From positions 20,070 through 84,069 of the forward strand of contig JAPOQA010000021.1 of NCBI GenBank assembly GCA_026710945.1: DNA of 64,000 bases. The letters are read 5' to 3'. Source of the DNA: Chloroflexota bacterium. Its GTDB lineage: Bacteria; Chloroflexota; UBA11872; VXOZ01. The notes beneath the pieces are model-generated. The model saw only the letters and a program-made list of their open reading frames with translations, had not been told where the DNA came from and did no database searches. Both the position numbers and the translations under genes were made by a program. Positions 35,737 to 45,014 of this stretch are shown here, piece after piece (the stretch's first letter is position 1; the number at the start of each line of letters is the position of its first letter).

Positions 35737-36831
35737 CTACCAGACCTCGTCCGTCCTACGCCAGACCAGCTGGGGTCGCACGTTCTCAAGGGGCAAATCG
35801 GCGATTATGCCGTAGTCTTCACCGTGGTAGGCGGCGATAATGGCCTCCATCGACTTCTTCGACTCGACGCCGTCGGTAAGCGGGGTCTTATCGTTTACGA
35901 TGCAGTCGATGAAGTGCTCGCATTCGCCGGCGAAGTTCTTGCGCGCGCTGAAGGCATCCATGAGGTCGGCCTTGCTTGGGTCATCTTCAACCAGGAGCGT
36001 GCCTTCCTTGTCGCCAGCTTGCCAGAGCATCAAGCGGCGGACGCCATCAGGATCGTAGCTGAGGATCAGCTCGCCGCCTTCGAGGTAAACCGCGAAGCGC
36101 AGATGGCAGTCGCTGTGCTTGGTGCCCCAAGACGCTACGTAGTTGCCCAATGCGCCGCTGGCAAAGCGGTAGATGGAGACTGCCGTATCCTCACGGCCAA
36201 GGGTGTCCTTGCGGAAGCGATCGTCGCTCAGGCACGTAGCTTGCACCACGTCGCCGAGGTTCCAGACCATCTGGTCAACATAATGGCAACCGTGGCTGAG
36301 CAGGCAGCCCATGGGAAAGGTCTTCCACGACTTGCGCCACCCTGCCGGATTGGCCATGTTGTCTTCGGTGCGTACCTGCACCATGTATGGTTGACCGTAC
36401 TCACCGCCGGTCACCAGTTCGTTGAGTTTCTGCCAGATGGGCTGGTAGCGCGTCACATACGCCACCATCAACTTGACGTCCTTTTCGTCGGCCACGCGAA
36501 TCATCTCGTCTGCGTCCTCAAGCGTCGTCGCCATAACTTTCTCCGTGAGGACGTGCTTACCGCGATGCATGGCGGCCAGGCTCATTGCAGCGTGTAGATG
36601 AGGCGGCGTGCAAATATCGACAGCATCTACCTCATCGAGGATCGAGTCATAGTCCGTCGACCACTTTGCACCCGTGCGCTCCGCCTCGGCTTTGGCCTTT
36701 TCTTCGTCGATGTCCACGCAATAGGCCAACTCAACGGCTTCACTCATGCGGGCATAGGCATTGATGTGACCGGTACTAATGCCGCCGCATCCGACTACGG
36801 CCATGCGAATCTTGCTTTCGTTCACGTTCAC
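35737..36831 (-). CDS. Gfo/Idh/MocA-family NAD(P)-dependent oxidoreductase
   Basis: N-terminal Rossmann motif MAVVGCGGIS, then ...ICTPPHLHA...AMHRGKHVLTEKV... (the EKP-type motif), and a C-terminal alpha/beta domain. Confidence 0.85.
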   Translation of the reverse strand: MNVNESKIRMAVVGCGGISTGHINAYARMSEAVELAYCVDIDEEKAKAEAERTGAKWSTDYDSILDEVDAVDICTPPHLHAAMSLAAMHRGKHVLTEKVMATTLEDADEMIRVADEKDVKLMVAYVTRYQPIWQKLNELVTGGEYGQPYMVQVRTEDNMANPAGWRKSWKTFPMGCLLSHGCHYVDQMVWNLGDVVQATCLSDDRFRKDTLGREDTAVSIYRFASGALGNYVASWGTKHSDCHLRFAVYLEGGELILSYDPDGVRRLMLWQAGDKEGTLLVEDDPSKADLMDAFSARKNFAGECEHFIDCIVNDKTPLTDGVESKKSMEAIIAAYHGEDYGIIADLPLENVRPQLVWRRTDEVW

Positions 36832-37002
36832 ACACTCCTCTCAGTGCGGCTAAATGTTTCTAAGGTTGTTAACGTGCATTCTAAACTAGCTATCCAGCAC
36901 ATAGTTTGCAAACGGTTTCGCCGTGGGAAGTCTTGGGAGTGTGTGGCACAGCACATCCAGCATGTGGCGCGGTTTGGCGGCAGACGCTTGCAAGCACTGT
37001 GG

Positions 37003-38361
37003 CTAGAAAAGCCGGCCGAGAAGCTCCAGGGCGCATTGCTCCATGGCAGGCCCGGTGCCGACCCCGCCCAGAGACGAGTATCCCGCCCAGGTCTCGTAGC
37101 CGCCGTGCTCGGTCAGGGCTTTGTCCGTGCAGACGTAACCTATATAACCGTTGGCCAGGCTCACGACAAACTGGGGAGACGCGGGGGACTGCTGTTTGAT
37201 GTTCAAGCCGAATTCGACAAAGATTTCACCGGGCAAGGCCACGATGGAGGCGTCGCCGAGCCGCAGGGCTTGCACCGGCGCGGTGTGCGTGAGCGGCATT
37301 TGCGCCAAGCGCTGGCATTCAGCCGCGTAGACATCCGAAAGCGGATGCGGCAACGGCTGGCCGACCACCCAGCTAAACGGCCCTGAATCATAGTCAGTGT
37401 ACGTTCCCGCGGGCACGGCGAGAATCTTCTCAGCCATGGCGAGGTCCTCAGCCGTGATGGTCTTACGCTGGAAGTCAAACGTGCCCACTGCCGCCCCCAG
37501 CACCAATTCGTCCTGCATCTCCATGAGCTGGATCTCGGTGATGAGGTGGCCGGCCAACACGTTTGCCATCTTGATCGCTTGCGTGTGACCGCTTGCGGTC
37601 CATTGGCGCTCGCCGCTGTAGTCCTGGTTATTGATATCGCCTGAGGTGCCGTTCCAGAGCATACCGACACACTGCGGATCGAGGTAGCGTTGAATCAGCC
37701 GGTGGAAGTGCCCAAAGTAGTCGGCGGATATAGCGGTTCCATTGTCCGTGCCAACGTAGTGCAGCACGAAATTAGAAACGGCGGCGATGGGCCGGCCGTC
37801 AGTCCCTTCCACGTAAAGCATAGTGACTTCAGGGTCTATGGGATAGGTAGGCTTAACGAGGTCTGGATTCCCCGCGCCGGGATTCATGCGCACTGTTCCG
37901 TCACGCATATGCCACCGGCGGTTGAACGAGATGCGGTCCTCATGGGCTGTGGCAAAACCAACGCGCGCAGTCTGCAAATGTTGCGTGGCAATTTCCACGG
38001 CATCCGCCATCTTGAGCGGCGCCCACTCGACATACGCCTTGTCCTCGCCCGTGCCGAGGAGATCGGCAACGCCGGCGGCCGTATGGGTATGCGTGGCATT
38101 GATCATGACGTTTTCGGGAGGAATGTCACAGCGCGCGGCAATGCGTTCTTTGGCCCGGTCCGCCATCCCTTGAGGCATTACGATGAGGTCGCACGTGACA
38201 AGCGCAATGCGCATTTCACCGTTGTCGATAACCAGCGCCTTTGCCAGAAGCTCGTCGTCGACGTCTGCGGCATAGCGCGTACGATGGCCTCCCGGAACCT
38301 CGATGCCAAGCCATGGGGTGATATTCGCCGTGGCAGCGCCGGCCTGCAGTAATGTACTCAC
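37003..38361 (-). CDS. Neutral/alkaline-ceramidase-like N-terminal-domain hydrolase, paralogue 1 (family assignment tentative)
   Basis: ANITPWLG...DDELLAKALVIDNGEMRIALVTCDL...NATHTHTA resembles the ceramidase_alk N-domain opening. It is about 450 aa and lacks the C-terminal tail domain. The start is set at the GTG with GAAGGAG 8 nt upstream. Confidence 0.55.
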   Translation of the reverse strand: MSTLLQAGAATANITPWLGIEVPGGHRTRYAADVDDELLAKALVIDNGEMRIALVTCDLIVMPQGMADRAKERIAARCDIPPENVMINATHTHTAAGVADLLGTGEDKAYVEWAPLKMADAVEIATQHLQTARVGFATAHEDRISFNRRWHMRDGTVRMNPGAGNPDLVKPTYPIDPEVTMLYVEGTDGRPIAAVSNFVLHYVGTDNGTAISADYFGHFHRLIQRYLDPQCVGMLWNGTSGDINNQDYSGERQWTASGHTQAIKMANVLAGHLITEIQLMEMQDELVLGAAVGTFDFQRKTITAEDLAMAEKILAVPAGTYTDYDSGPFSWVVGQPLPHPLSDVYAAECQRLAQMPLTHTAPVQALRLGDASIVALPGEIFVEFGLNIKQQSPASPQFVVSLANGYIGYVCTDKALTEHGGYETWAGYSSLGGVGTGPAMEQCALELLGRLF

Positions 38362-38679
38362 GAGCGTCACTCCTTCGTGTGGGCCTTGTACAAATTCAGT
38401 CTTTTCAGACGCAAGTATAGCGCAACATGTTGTCAAACGGAAGCATATTGAAGCACGGCGACACCTGGGATTGCTCGTCTTGGGCACAACGGGTGACGAT
38501 CAGATGAACAAGCAGGTAGCAACGCTTAGAATTCAGGGCGTCAATGCAAAGGAGCGAAGCCTAGGTTTCCACCAAAATGCGATCAGTCACGTATGGCCGG
38601 AAACGCGTACCATTGACAACGGCCGCACCAACGTCTTACGATACTTGCAAACCCTACAGTGTAGTAAGGAGTGAAGTCA

Positions 38680-39330
38680 ATGCTGAGATTTGCCGAAGAA
38701 ATCATGCTCCTCTTGCTTGATGATGAGAGTGGCGAATTTGCCCACATTCCCGAATGGTCGCTCCGCTATGCTCTAGCAGGCGCAGTGCTGATGGACATTG
38801 CATTGGAGAATAGGATCGACACCGATCCCAAGCGGCTATCCTTGTTGGATCCTACGCCTATTGGCGACGACTTGCTGGACCCAACTCTGGAGAGTATTTC
38901 AAAATCAACCGATCAGCACGACATCTGCCATTGGATCGAGCACACGGCCGAGAATGCCTATTCCATTCGCGATAAAGCGATGAAGCGACTCATCACCCAT
39001 GGAATTTTGGAAAGCCGGGACGATCGCTTCCTGTGGGTGTTTCGTTCGCGGCGCTACCCTGTTGTAGATGGGAAGGCCGAGCGCGAAGTGAAGCTGCGGA
39101 TCATGGAAGTGCTCTTTAGCGATGTCATTCCCGACCCGCGCGACATTGTGATAATTTGCCTTGCAGACGCATGCGGCATTTTCCGCACGTTGCTCTCCAA
39201 GCAGGAATTGAGACAAGCAGCAGGGCGCATCGAGCAAGTGCGCAAGCTGGACCTCATCGGCCAGGCTGTCTCGCAGGTCGTGTGGAACATCGAGGCGTCG
39301 CTGGCGCTTTCCATGCACCCCATGGCGTAG
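38680..39330 (+). CDS. GPP34/GOLPH3-family protein
   Basis: FAEEIMLLLLDDESGEF... opening and ...YALAGAVLMDIALENRI..., ...AMKRLITHGIL... match the GPP34 pattern. An ATG is preceded by AAGGAG. Confidence 0.7.
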   Translation: MLRFAEEIMLLLLDDESGEFAHIPEWSLRYALAGAVLMDIALENRIDTDPKRLSLLDPTPIGDDLLDPTLESISKSTDQHDICHWIEHTAENAYSIRDKAMKRLITHGILESRDDRFLWVFRSRRYPVVDGKAEREVKLRIMEVLFSDVIPDPRDIVIICLADACGIFRTLLSKQELRQAAGRIEQVRKLDLIGQAVSQVVWNIEASLALSMHPMA

Positions 39331-39588
39331 CGCCCAGGAATTGCACGCGCAACTCCCAGCCTCTTGCGGCATTCGCGAACTCGGCGATGCTCACTGCTAA
39401 ACCGGTTGTGCAGCGCTCGCTTAGGAGCGTGTGCGAAGGTCGTGTCGCCCACTGCGGGCGTTTGCTCCGCATTTGCCCTGCTCTCGTCAGCCTAGATTAG
39501 TGGGCGGTTTGCTGCTTCTCCCTTGTCGACTCGGCTGGCTGCGGGTTTGCGCGGTGCCCTTTGATGCTGCGTAGTGTTTCCCCTCAAC

Positions 39589-40944
39589 TTAGAGCCGGAG
39601 GCCGGCAAGCTGCTGACCGGCAACTTGTGCGAGTCGCTCGGCCGTGCCGGCTGCGGCGATGGAATGGGGTGAAGCCCAGGTCTCATAGCCGCCCTGTCTT
39701 TCCAGCGCCTCTTGCGGGCAGATGTAGCCGAGATAGTCATTGGCAAGCTCGGCGATGAGTGTAGGGTAATAGGGGCTCTGTGCCTTGATGGCTAGTCCGG
39801 TCTCGGCGAAGACTTCGCCCGGGAGCGCTACCAGAGCGGCATCACCCACTCGCAGAGACTGTACGCGCGTGTCTAATTCCAGCGGTAGGGCGGCGAGATC
39901 GATGCATGCTTGGGCATAGACGTGCAAGAACTGTCGATGCACCGGTTGGCCGACAACCCAGCTAAACGGGCCGGAGTCGTACGAAAAGGCGGCGGGATTG
40001 CGCAGAATCTGCTGGGCCACAGAGACGTCTTCCGCCAAGATGGTCTTGCGGGTATAGGTAACGGTTTCCAATACGGCGCTAAGCGGGCAGGTGTCATGCA
40101 AGTCCAGCAGTTGGCTCTCGCTAAGCACGTGTCCCGCGAGCACGGAGGCCATGCGCTTGGCTTGGGCATGGCCGGTCTCGTGCCACGACCGCTTGCCGCT
40201 ATAGTCATTGTTGTTGATATCGCCGGACGTGCCGTTTATGAGGATGGGCAGGCACTGCGACCCGAGCAGGCGTTGCACTTCCGTCGTGAAGTGTCCGTAG
40301 TAATCAGCAGAGAGCGCTGTCGGCGAGTCGGTGCCAACGTAGTGGAGCGCAAATGAGGCAAGGACCGCGAGAGGTGTGCCTGTCGCGTCCTCCAGGTACA
40401 GGAAGCTCAACGCAGGATCGGTAGGGCCGGAAGGGCGTACGGGCTCTGGATTTTCGCTGGCCGGATTCATGTGAACGGTACCGTCGCGCATCCACCACCG
40501 GCGGTTGAAGCTGATGCGGTCTTCCCGCGCTCCTGCCCAGCCGATGCTGGCAGGCTGCAGTCGTTTTACCGCCAGTTGGACGGCATCTGCAATCTTGGCA
40601 GGAGCCTGCTCCACATACATCGAGTCTTCACGCACGCCGAGGGCTGTGCGAACTGCCGGCCCGCTGTGCGTATGCGTAGCGCAGACCAGCAGATGGCTGG
40701 GGGGTATTCCGCAAGTCTGAGCCACGCGCTCCTTCACGGCGTCCGCAATGCGCCGCGGCATACAGACGAAGTCACAAACGACGATCCCGATGCGAATATC
40801 GCCGTTGTCAAGCACCAATGCCTTGGCATGAATCTCGTCATGCACGTCTTGGGCCTGACGCTGCGCAAAGCCGCCGCAGAGTGCAATACCCAGCCAGGGT
40901 GTCAAGTTGGCAGAAGCGGCTCCTGCGTTTAGTTGATTTTCCAT
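39589..40944 (-). CDS. Neutral/alkaline-ceramidase-like N-terminal-domain hydrolase, paralogue 2
   Basis: About half of its residues are identical to paralogue 1 by eye (ANLTPWLG..., HDEIHAKALVLDNGDIRIGIVVCDF..., CATHTHSGPA, REDRISFNRRWWMRDGTVHMNP, GTSGDINNNDYSG, GGYETWA). The start is set at MENQLNAG with GAGAGGTGG upstream. Confidence 0.55.
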   Translation of the reverse strand: MENQLNAGAASANLTPWLGIALCGGFAQRQAQDVHDEIHAKALVLDNGDIRIGIVVCDFVCMPRRIADAVKERVAQTCGIPPSHLLVCATHTHSGPAVRTALGVREDSMYVEQAPAKIADAVQLAVKRLQPASIGWAGAREDRISFNRRWWMRDGTVHMNPASENPEPVRPSGPTDPALSFLYLEDATGTPLAVLASFALHYVGTDSPTALSADYYGHFTTEVQRLLGSQCLPILINGTSGDINNNDYSGKRSWHETGHAQAKRMASVLAGHVLSESQLLDLHDTCPLSAVLETVTYTRKTILAEDVSVAQQILRNPAAFSYDSGPFSWVVGQPVHRQFLHVYAQACIDLAALPLELDTRVQSLRVGDAALVALPGEVFAETGLAIKAQSPYYPTLIAELANDYLGYICPQEALERQGGYETWASPHSIAAAGTAERLAQVAGQQLAGLRL

Positions 40945-41082
40945 GGAAATACCACCTCTCGATGGCGTCATTGAGGTGACGGGTTCGACGGCCAACGGCT
41001 CACTCGTTAACGCGAAATGTGAAAGCCAAGCAACCGCACTCAAGGTTCGAATTCGGATACCCTCAAGGGCAATTGCAAAGTG

Positions 41083-41919
41083 CTATTTGGCGATCCCATA
41101 GAACTGCCCGGCGTTGCCGCCGAAGACATTTGCAAGGCCCACCTCACCTAGTCCCGGGTCCAGTGCCTCTTCCAAGGCTCCAATTACGTCGTCGTAGCGT
41201 GCCGCCAAGAGACTGACGGGCCAATCGCTGCCGTACATCACGCGCGCCGGTCCGAAACACTCGACGGTGTGCGATACGTACGGCTGGAGGTCGGCAGGCA
41301 TCCAGTTGGCGTGATCGGCCTCGGTGACCATGCCGGAGAGCTTGCAGTAAACGTTTTCGTGCTGCGCAATCGCATTGAGATCTGACGCCCACGGTTCGAA
41401 CTGTTGCGCTTTGATGTCTGGCTTGGCGATGTGGTCGATAACGGCGCGCAGGTTTGATACTTTCTCAAGTACCTGCAATACATAGGGCAAGTGCTGGGGG
41501 CGCACCAGGAAGTCAAACGGAAAGTCGCATTCTGCGAGCAGCGTGAGATTCTCAAGCACTACCGGCTGAGTCACCCACGCGTTATCGGACAGGTCATGCA
41601 GCATGGGCCGGATTCCCACAAACGCAGGCTGTTGGCGGTATTCCTCGAATAGTTGCGGAAACTTGGGGTCGGCCATGTCCAGCCAGCCGACGACACCACC
41701 GATTGAGTCGTTCTCAGCGGCGAGCGAAAGCATATAGTCCGTCTCCGCCGTGGTGGGAGCGGCCTGCACGAGCACTGTCTTGTCGATCCTGTGCCGTTCA
41801 AGGCTTGGTTCGAGATCGGCGGGGAGGTAGTCGCGGTAGAGCACGCCCATGTCCGGTGTGAGCCAACCATAGTCGCCGCGGTTTAATTTCCAGTAGTGCT
41901 GGTGGGCGTCGATGCGCAT
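41083..41919 (-). CDS. Amidohydrolase_2-family protein (fuconolactonase-like metal-dependent hydrolase)
   Basis: MRIDAHQHYW opening, ...AVIDHIAKP..., ...CKLSG... and ...VMYGSDWPV... are PF04909-type motifs. Confidence 0.8.
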   Translation of the reverse strand: MRIDAHQHYWKLNRGDYGWLTPDMGVLYRDYLPADLEPSLERHRIDKTVLVQAAPTTAETDYMLSLAAENDSIGGVVGWLDMADPKFPQLFEEYRQQPAFVGIRPMLHDLSDNAWVTQPVVLENLTLLAECDFPFDFLVRPQHLPYVLQVLEKVSNLRAVIDHIAKPDIKAQQFEPWASDLNAIAQHENVYCKLSGMVTEADHANWMPADLQPYVSHTVECFGPARVMYGSDWPVSLLAARYDDVIGALEEALDPGLGEVGLANVFGGNAGQFYGIAK

Positions 41920-41952
41920 GAACCCTCTCTTTGTTGTCGATTGACCCCTTGG

Positions 41953-42975
41953 CTAGTAGTCCCAACTCTTCTTCCTGACTCGTTGGAAGGGATCACTTGT
42001 ATCTACCACTTCGGCATCCACGATATCGGCGACGCGCAGGCAGGCCTGGCGGGCGCGATAGACCTGGTCGGGGTCTCGAAACTCCGCGCGGATTTGCGCC
42101 ACGCCGCGTTCCACATCAACCCCAACCGATTCGAAGCGCAATCCAAAAAGGTACGAATCGTCTTCAAGCACCTTCGCAAGAGCCATACTCTTGCGGAACC
42201 AGGCGGCCTGTCCTGTGATCTTGCCCAGAATGTACTTGTGGGCAATCTCCCAATACGCCCAGAAGAGAAAGCCGGAGAGTATCCAGACTGGAAAGGCCTG
42301 AAACGCTAACGCCCAACCGTTCTGTATTGAGACGTTGAGGGCTACCAGAAGGCCTACGGGCACGGCAATGAAGGACAAGACTTGGTGCGGGCCAAAGTAA
42401 CCGGAGACGATTGGCCCAAAGGAAATGCGCCAGTAAGCGTCGCGATCAGCCTGAAAACGACGCAAGAGCGCCATGAGCGCGCCCAGAATTCCCGCGCCAA
42501 AAGTAATAGGCGACGTGTTCAAGATCAACGACACTATGGTGAGTACACCTCCCAAAATCATGCCTAGGCTAATTGGAGGAGACCCAGGCTCCGCAGACCG
42601 CACAGTTAGCAATCCGACTACAAGGACAGCCAGCAGGATGAGCCCCGTAGCAATCTCGAGAATCTTGAGGGTGCGCAGGCGTTCCCAAAAGCCGGAGAGG
42701 ATCACCAACGGAGTGAGGACAATGGCAAAGAGCAAGGCGCCCGCCATCAGCGCCAACATGAAGGCGTTGAATATGGGCCATAGGACGACGGCAAGTCCGA
42801 TCGGTATGATAAACGCCAACGGCGCCAGCGCGCCGCCGATGAAGCCTGCCAGGAGTGTTACCCGCAGGCTGGCAATCATTACCAGCGCATCCGCCACCGT
42901 GGCGGAGACTATCTCACGGCGCGAGAGGAAGCGCGCATCATCACCAGCGCCGCCGAGGCTGTTCGGCTGTGCCAT
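41953..42975 (-). CDS. Polytopic membrane protein with a BON-like C-terminal module, paralogue A
   Basis: About 8 TM helices. The C-terminus is ...AAWFRKSMALAKVLEDDSYLFGLRFESVGVDVERGVAQIRAEFRDPDQVYRARQACLRVADIVDAEVV. I recognise no known family. Confidence 0.55.
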   Translation of the reverse strand: MAQPNSLGGAGDDARFLSRREIVSATVADALVMIASLRVTLLAGFIGGALAPLAFIIPIGLAVVLWPIFNAFMLALMAGALLFAIVLTPLVILSGFWERLRTLKILEIATGLILLAVLVVGLLTVRSAEPGSPPISLGMILGGVLTIVSLILNTSPITFGAGILGALMALLRRFQADRDAYWRISFGPIVSGYFGPHQVLSFIAVPVGLLVALNVSIQNGWALAFQAFPVWILSGFLFWAYWEIAHKYILGKITGQAAWFRKSMALAKVLEDDSYLFGLRFESVGVDVERGVAQIRAEFRDPDQVYRARQACLRVADIVDAEVVDTSDPFQRVRKKSWDY

Positions 42976-43183
42976 TTCTTCACCTGAAGCTATGTTCTCG
43001 CCGGAATTGCGGCCAAGGATCGAGCTGCGCTGTGTTGTTGGCTCAAGGACTCGTCATTGGAGTCTTGCGTCGTTCTCGGTTCGAGAGAAGCAAAAGGCAG
43101 ACTGGCGGTCATGAGACTTCCTCGAACTGCTGGTTCTCATTTTGGCATACACGCTGGGAGGTTCCTGCAGGAGCGCGCTCCTG

Positions 43184-44056
43184 TCAGACGACCAAGGAAC
43201 GTACGCCGGTGGCGGTGTACTCATCCCACATATCATCCTGCAAGTCCCACGAGAGCGTTTCCACTTCCACCTCGCGGATGCCGACGATGCGGCGAGCCAC
43301 TTGACGCGCTCGCTTCACCTGTTCCGGCGTGCGGAACCAGCCCTGAATGTGCGCCTTGTGACCGTCTTCGCTCACGGCAAGATCGGCGATGATGCAGCCG
43401 AAGAGGTCGCTATCGTTGTGCAGAACGTACGAGAGGCTCAGTGTGCGGCGGAACCAGACCGCTGAACCCACCCACGATTGGAGCATGCCTTCAAACCAGA
43501 TGTTCCAGTATTGGTCGTAGACTAAACCAGAGAGGAGCCACACAAACAAGAGGTATACGACCATGATCGGGAACTCTTTCCACACCGCAAGCCCAAGGAA
43601 GAGCAACGGCACCCCGATAAGGCTGAGGAGCAAGCCGGGTAGCGTGTCCCACCGCGAGTGAAAGGGCATTGGGCGCAGGCGTCGCTCCACACTGCGAAGA
43701 TTGAGACGGGCCTTGGCCAAGCCGAGAAGGCCGCTCAAAATCAGGGCAGGCCAAAGGTCCATGAGAATTGCGACCCAGCCAAAAGTGTGGGAAAGGACGA
43801 GCGAAACGACACCCACGAGGTTGAGGGTAAACAGCATGACCATGATCGGCCAGATGGCGATCAGGATCATGATTACAGCAAAGAGACCGGCAAATACGCC
43901 CGCCCCGGCGATGAAACCGGCGATGAGCGGGATGCGCCTGTCGGCGACGAGCAGCGTTGTTTCATGGGTTGTACCGGTCGCCCACTCCTCGCGGCGGAGC
44001 GCTCGCGGCTGTGTCCACCCATGCGGGTCCCACCACGGCAATTGAATGGTGCGCAT
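43184..44056 (-). CDS. Polytopic membrane protein with a BON-like C-terminal module, paralogue B
   Basis: The C-terminus ...AVWFRRTLSLSYVLHNDSDLFGCIIADLAVSEDGHKAHIQGWFRTPEQVKRARQVARRIVGIREVEVE aligns with paralogue A. Confidence 0.55.
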   Translation of the reverse strand: MRTIQLPWWDPHGWTQPRALRREEWATGTTHETTLLVADRRIPLIAGFIAGAGVFAGLFAVIMILIAIWPIMVMLFTLNLVGVVSLVLSHTFGWVAILMDLWPALILSGLLGLAKARLNLRSVERRLRPMPFHSRWDTLPGLLLSLIGVPLLFLGLAVWKEFPIMVVYLLFVWLLSGLVYDQYWNIWFEGMLQSWVGSAVWFRRTLSLSYVLHNDSDLFGCIIADLAVSEDGHKAHIQGWFRTPEQVKRARQVARRIVGIREVEVETLSWDLQDDMWDEYTATGVRSLVV

Positions 44057-44183
44057 AGCTTGCCTTCCCCAACTGCTCGAGACTGCACCTTCTCGCTCAT
44101 GATACTACGTTGCGGCGTAAAGATGTACTCTGTCCGTGGTTTACATGAAGAACTTCGCTCTGGCGCCACCGATCGCGTGTCTC

Positions 44184-45014
44184 TTAGCCAGGGCGCGGAT
44201 CCGATGTCCGGCTGCGGAATATCCACGTGGCCACCGGCATGGCAATCACGATTATGCCGGTGCACCAGAAGAGTGCCAGCCAGCCGCTATTGCCAATGGG
44301 CGTGCCGACCATCCAGGCGCGCATAGCTTCGATGACGTGGGTAACGGGTTGGTTTTCAGCAAAGACGCGCAGCACGGTCGGCATGCTGGCGGTAGGCACG
44401 AAGGCGCTGCTGGCAAATGTGAGCGGCATCAGCACCATGAAACCTGACCACTGTGCGGCCTCCAGCGACTTGACGACCATGCCCAGAATGGCCGAAACCC
44501 AGGAAATCGCAAGCGTAAAGAGGAGCAATAGGCCGAGTACCAGCAGCCACTCGGAAAGATCTGCCGTGGGGCGAAATCCAACGAGAAAACTCGCAACAAG
44601 CATTATCAACGCCGAAATCGTATTTCGCACCAAATCTGCAATGACGTGCGCCGCGAGCAGAGCCGAGCTCGCCATCGGCAGCGCGCGGAAACGATCTACA
44701 ATGCCCCGCTGTAGATCGACGAGCACGCTGAAGGTGGTCGTATTGGCCCCAAAGGCAGCCGTTTGCACCAGGATACCGGCCACCAGAAAGTTGACGTAAC
44801 TCGTGTCCCCCGTGTTGATCGCGCCGCCAAAGACGTAGCGAAAGAGCAACAAGAACATCACGGGCATAAGAAAAGTTGAGAGCAACTGATCGATGTTGCG
44901 AATGATGTGTTTGAGGCTGCGCTTGGTCAGCACCCAGGAGTTGTCGAGCGTCCAGAAGATCTCCGGACGGGCCTCTGGTTGCGTATTGGCAAGCAAAGAC
45001 ATTGATTCTTTCAT
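44184..45014 (-). CDS. ABC-2-type exporter permease
   Basis: 276 aa with six TM helices and ABC-2 family layout. Its start overlaps the stop of the ATPase gene by 4 nt. Confidence 0.8.
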   Translation of the reverse strand: MKESMSLLANTQPEARPEIFWTLDNSWVLTKRSLKHIIRNIDQLLSTFLMPVMFLLLFRYVFGGAINTGDTSYVNFLVAGILVQTAAFGANTTTFSVLVDLQRGIVDRFRALPMASSALLAAHVIADLVRNTISALIMLVASFLVGFRPTADLSEWLLVLGLLLLFTLAISWVSAILGMVVKSLEAAQWSGFMVLMPLTFASSAFVPTASMPTVLRVFAENQPVTHVIEAMRAWMVGTPIGNSGWLALFWCTGIIVIAMPVATWIFRSRTSDPRPG

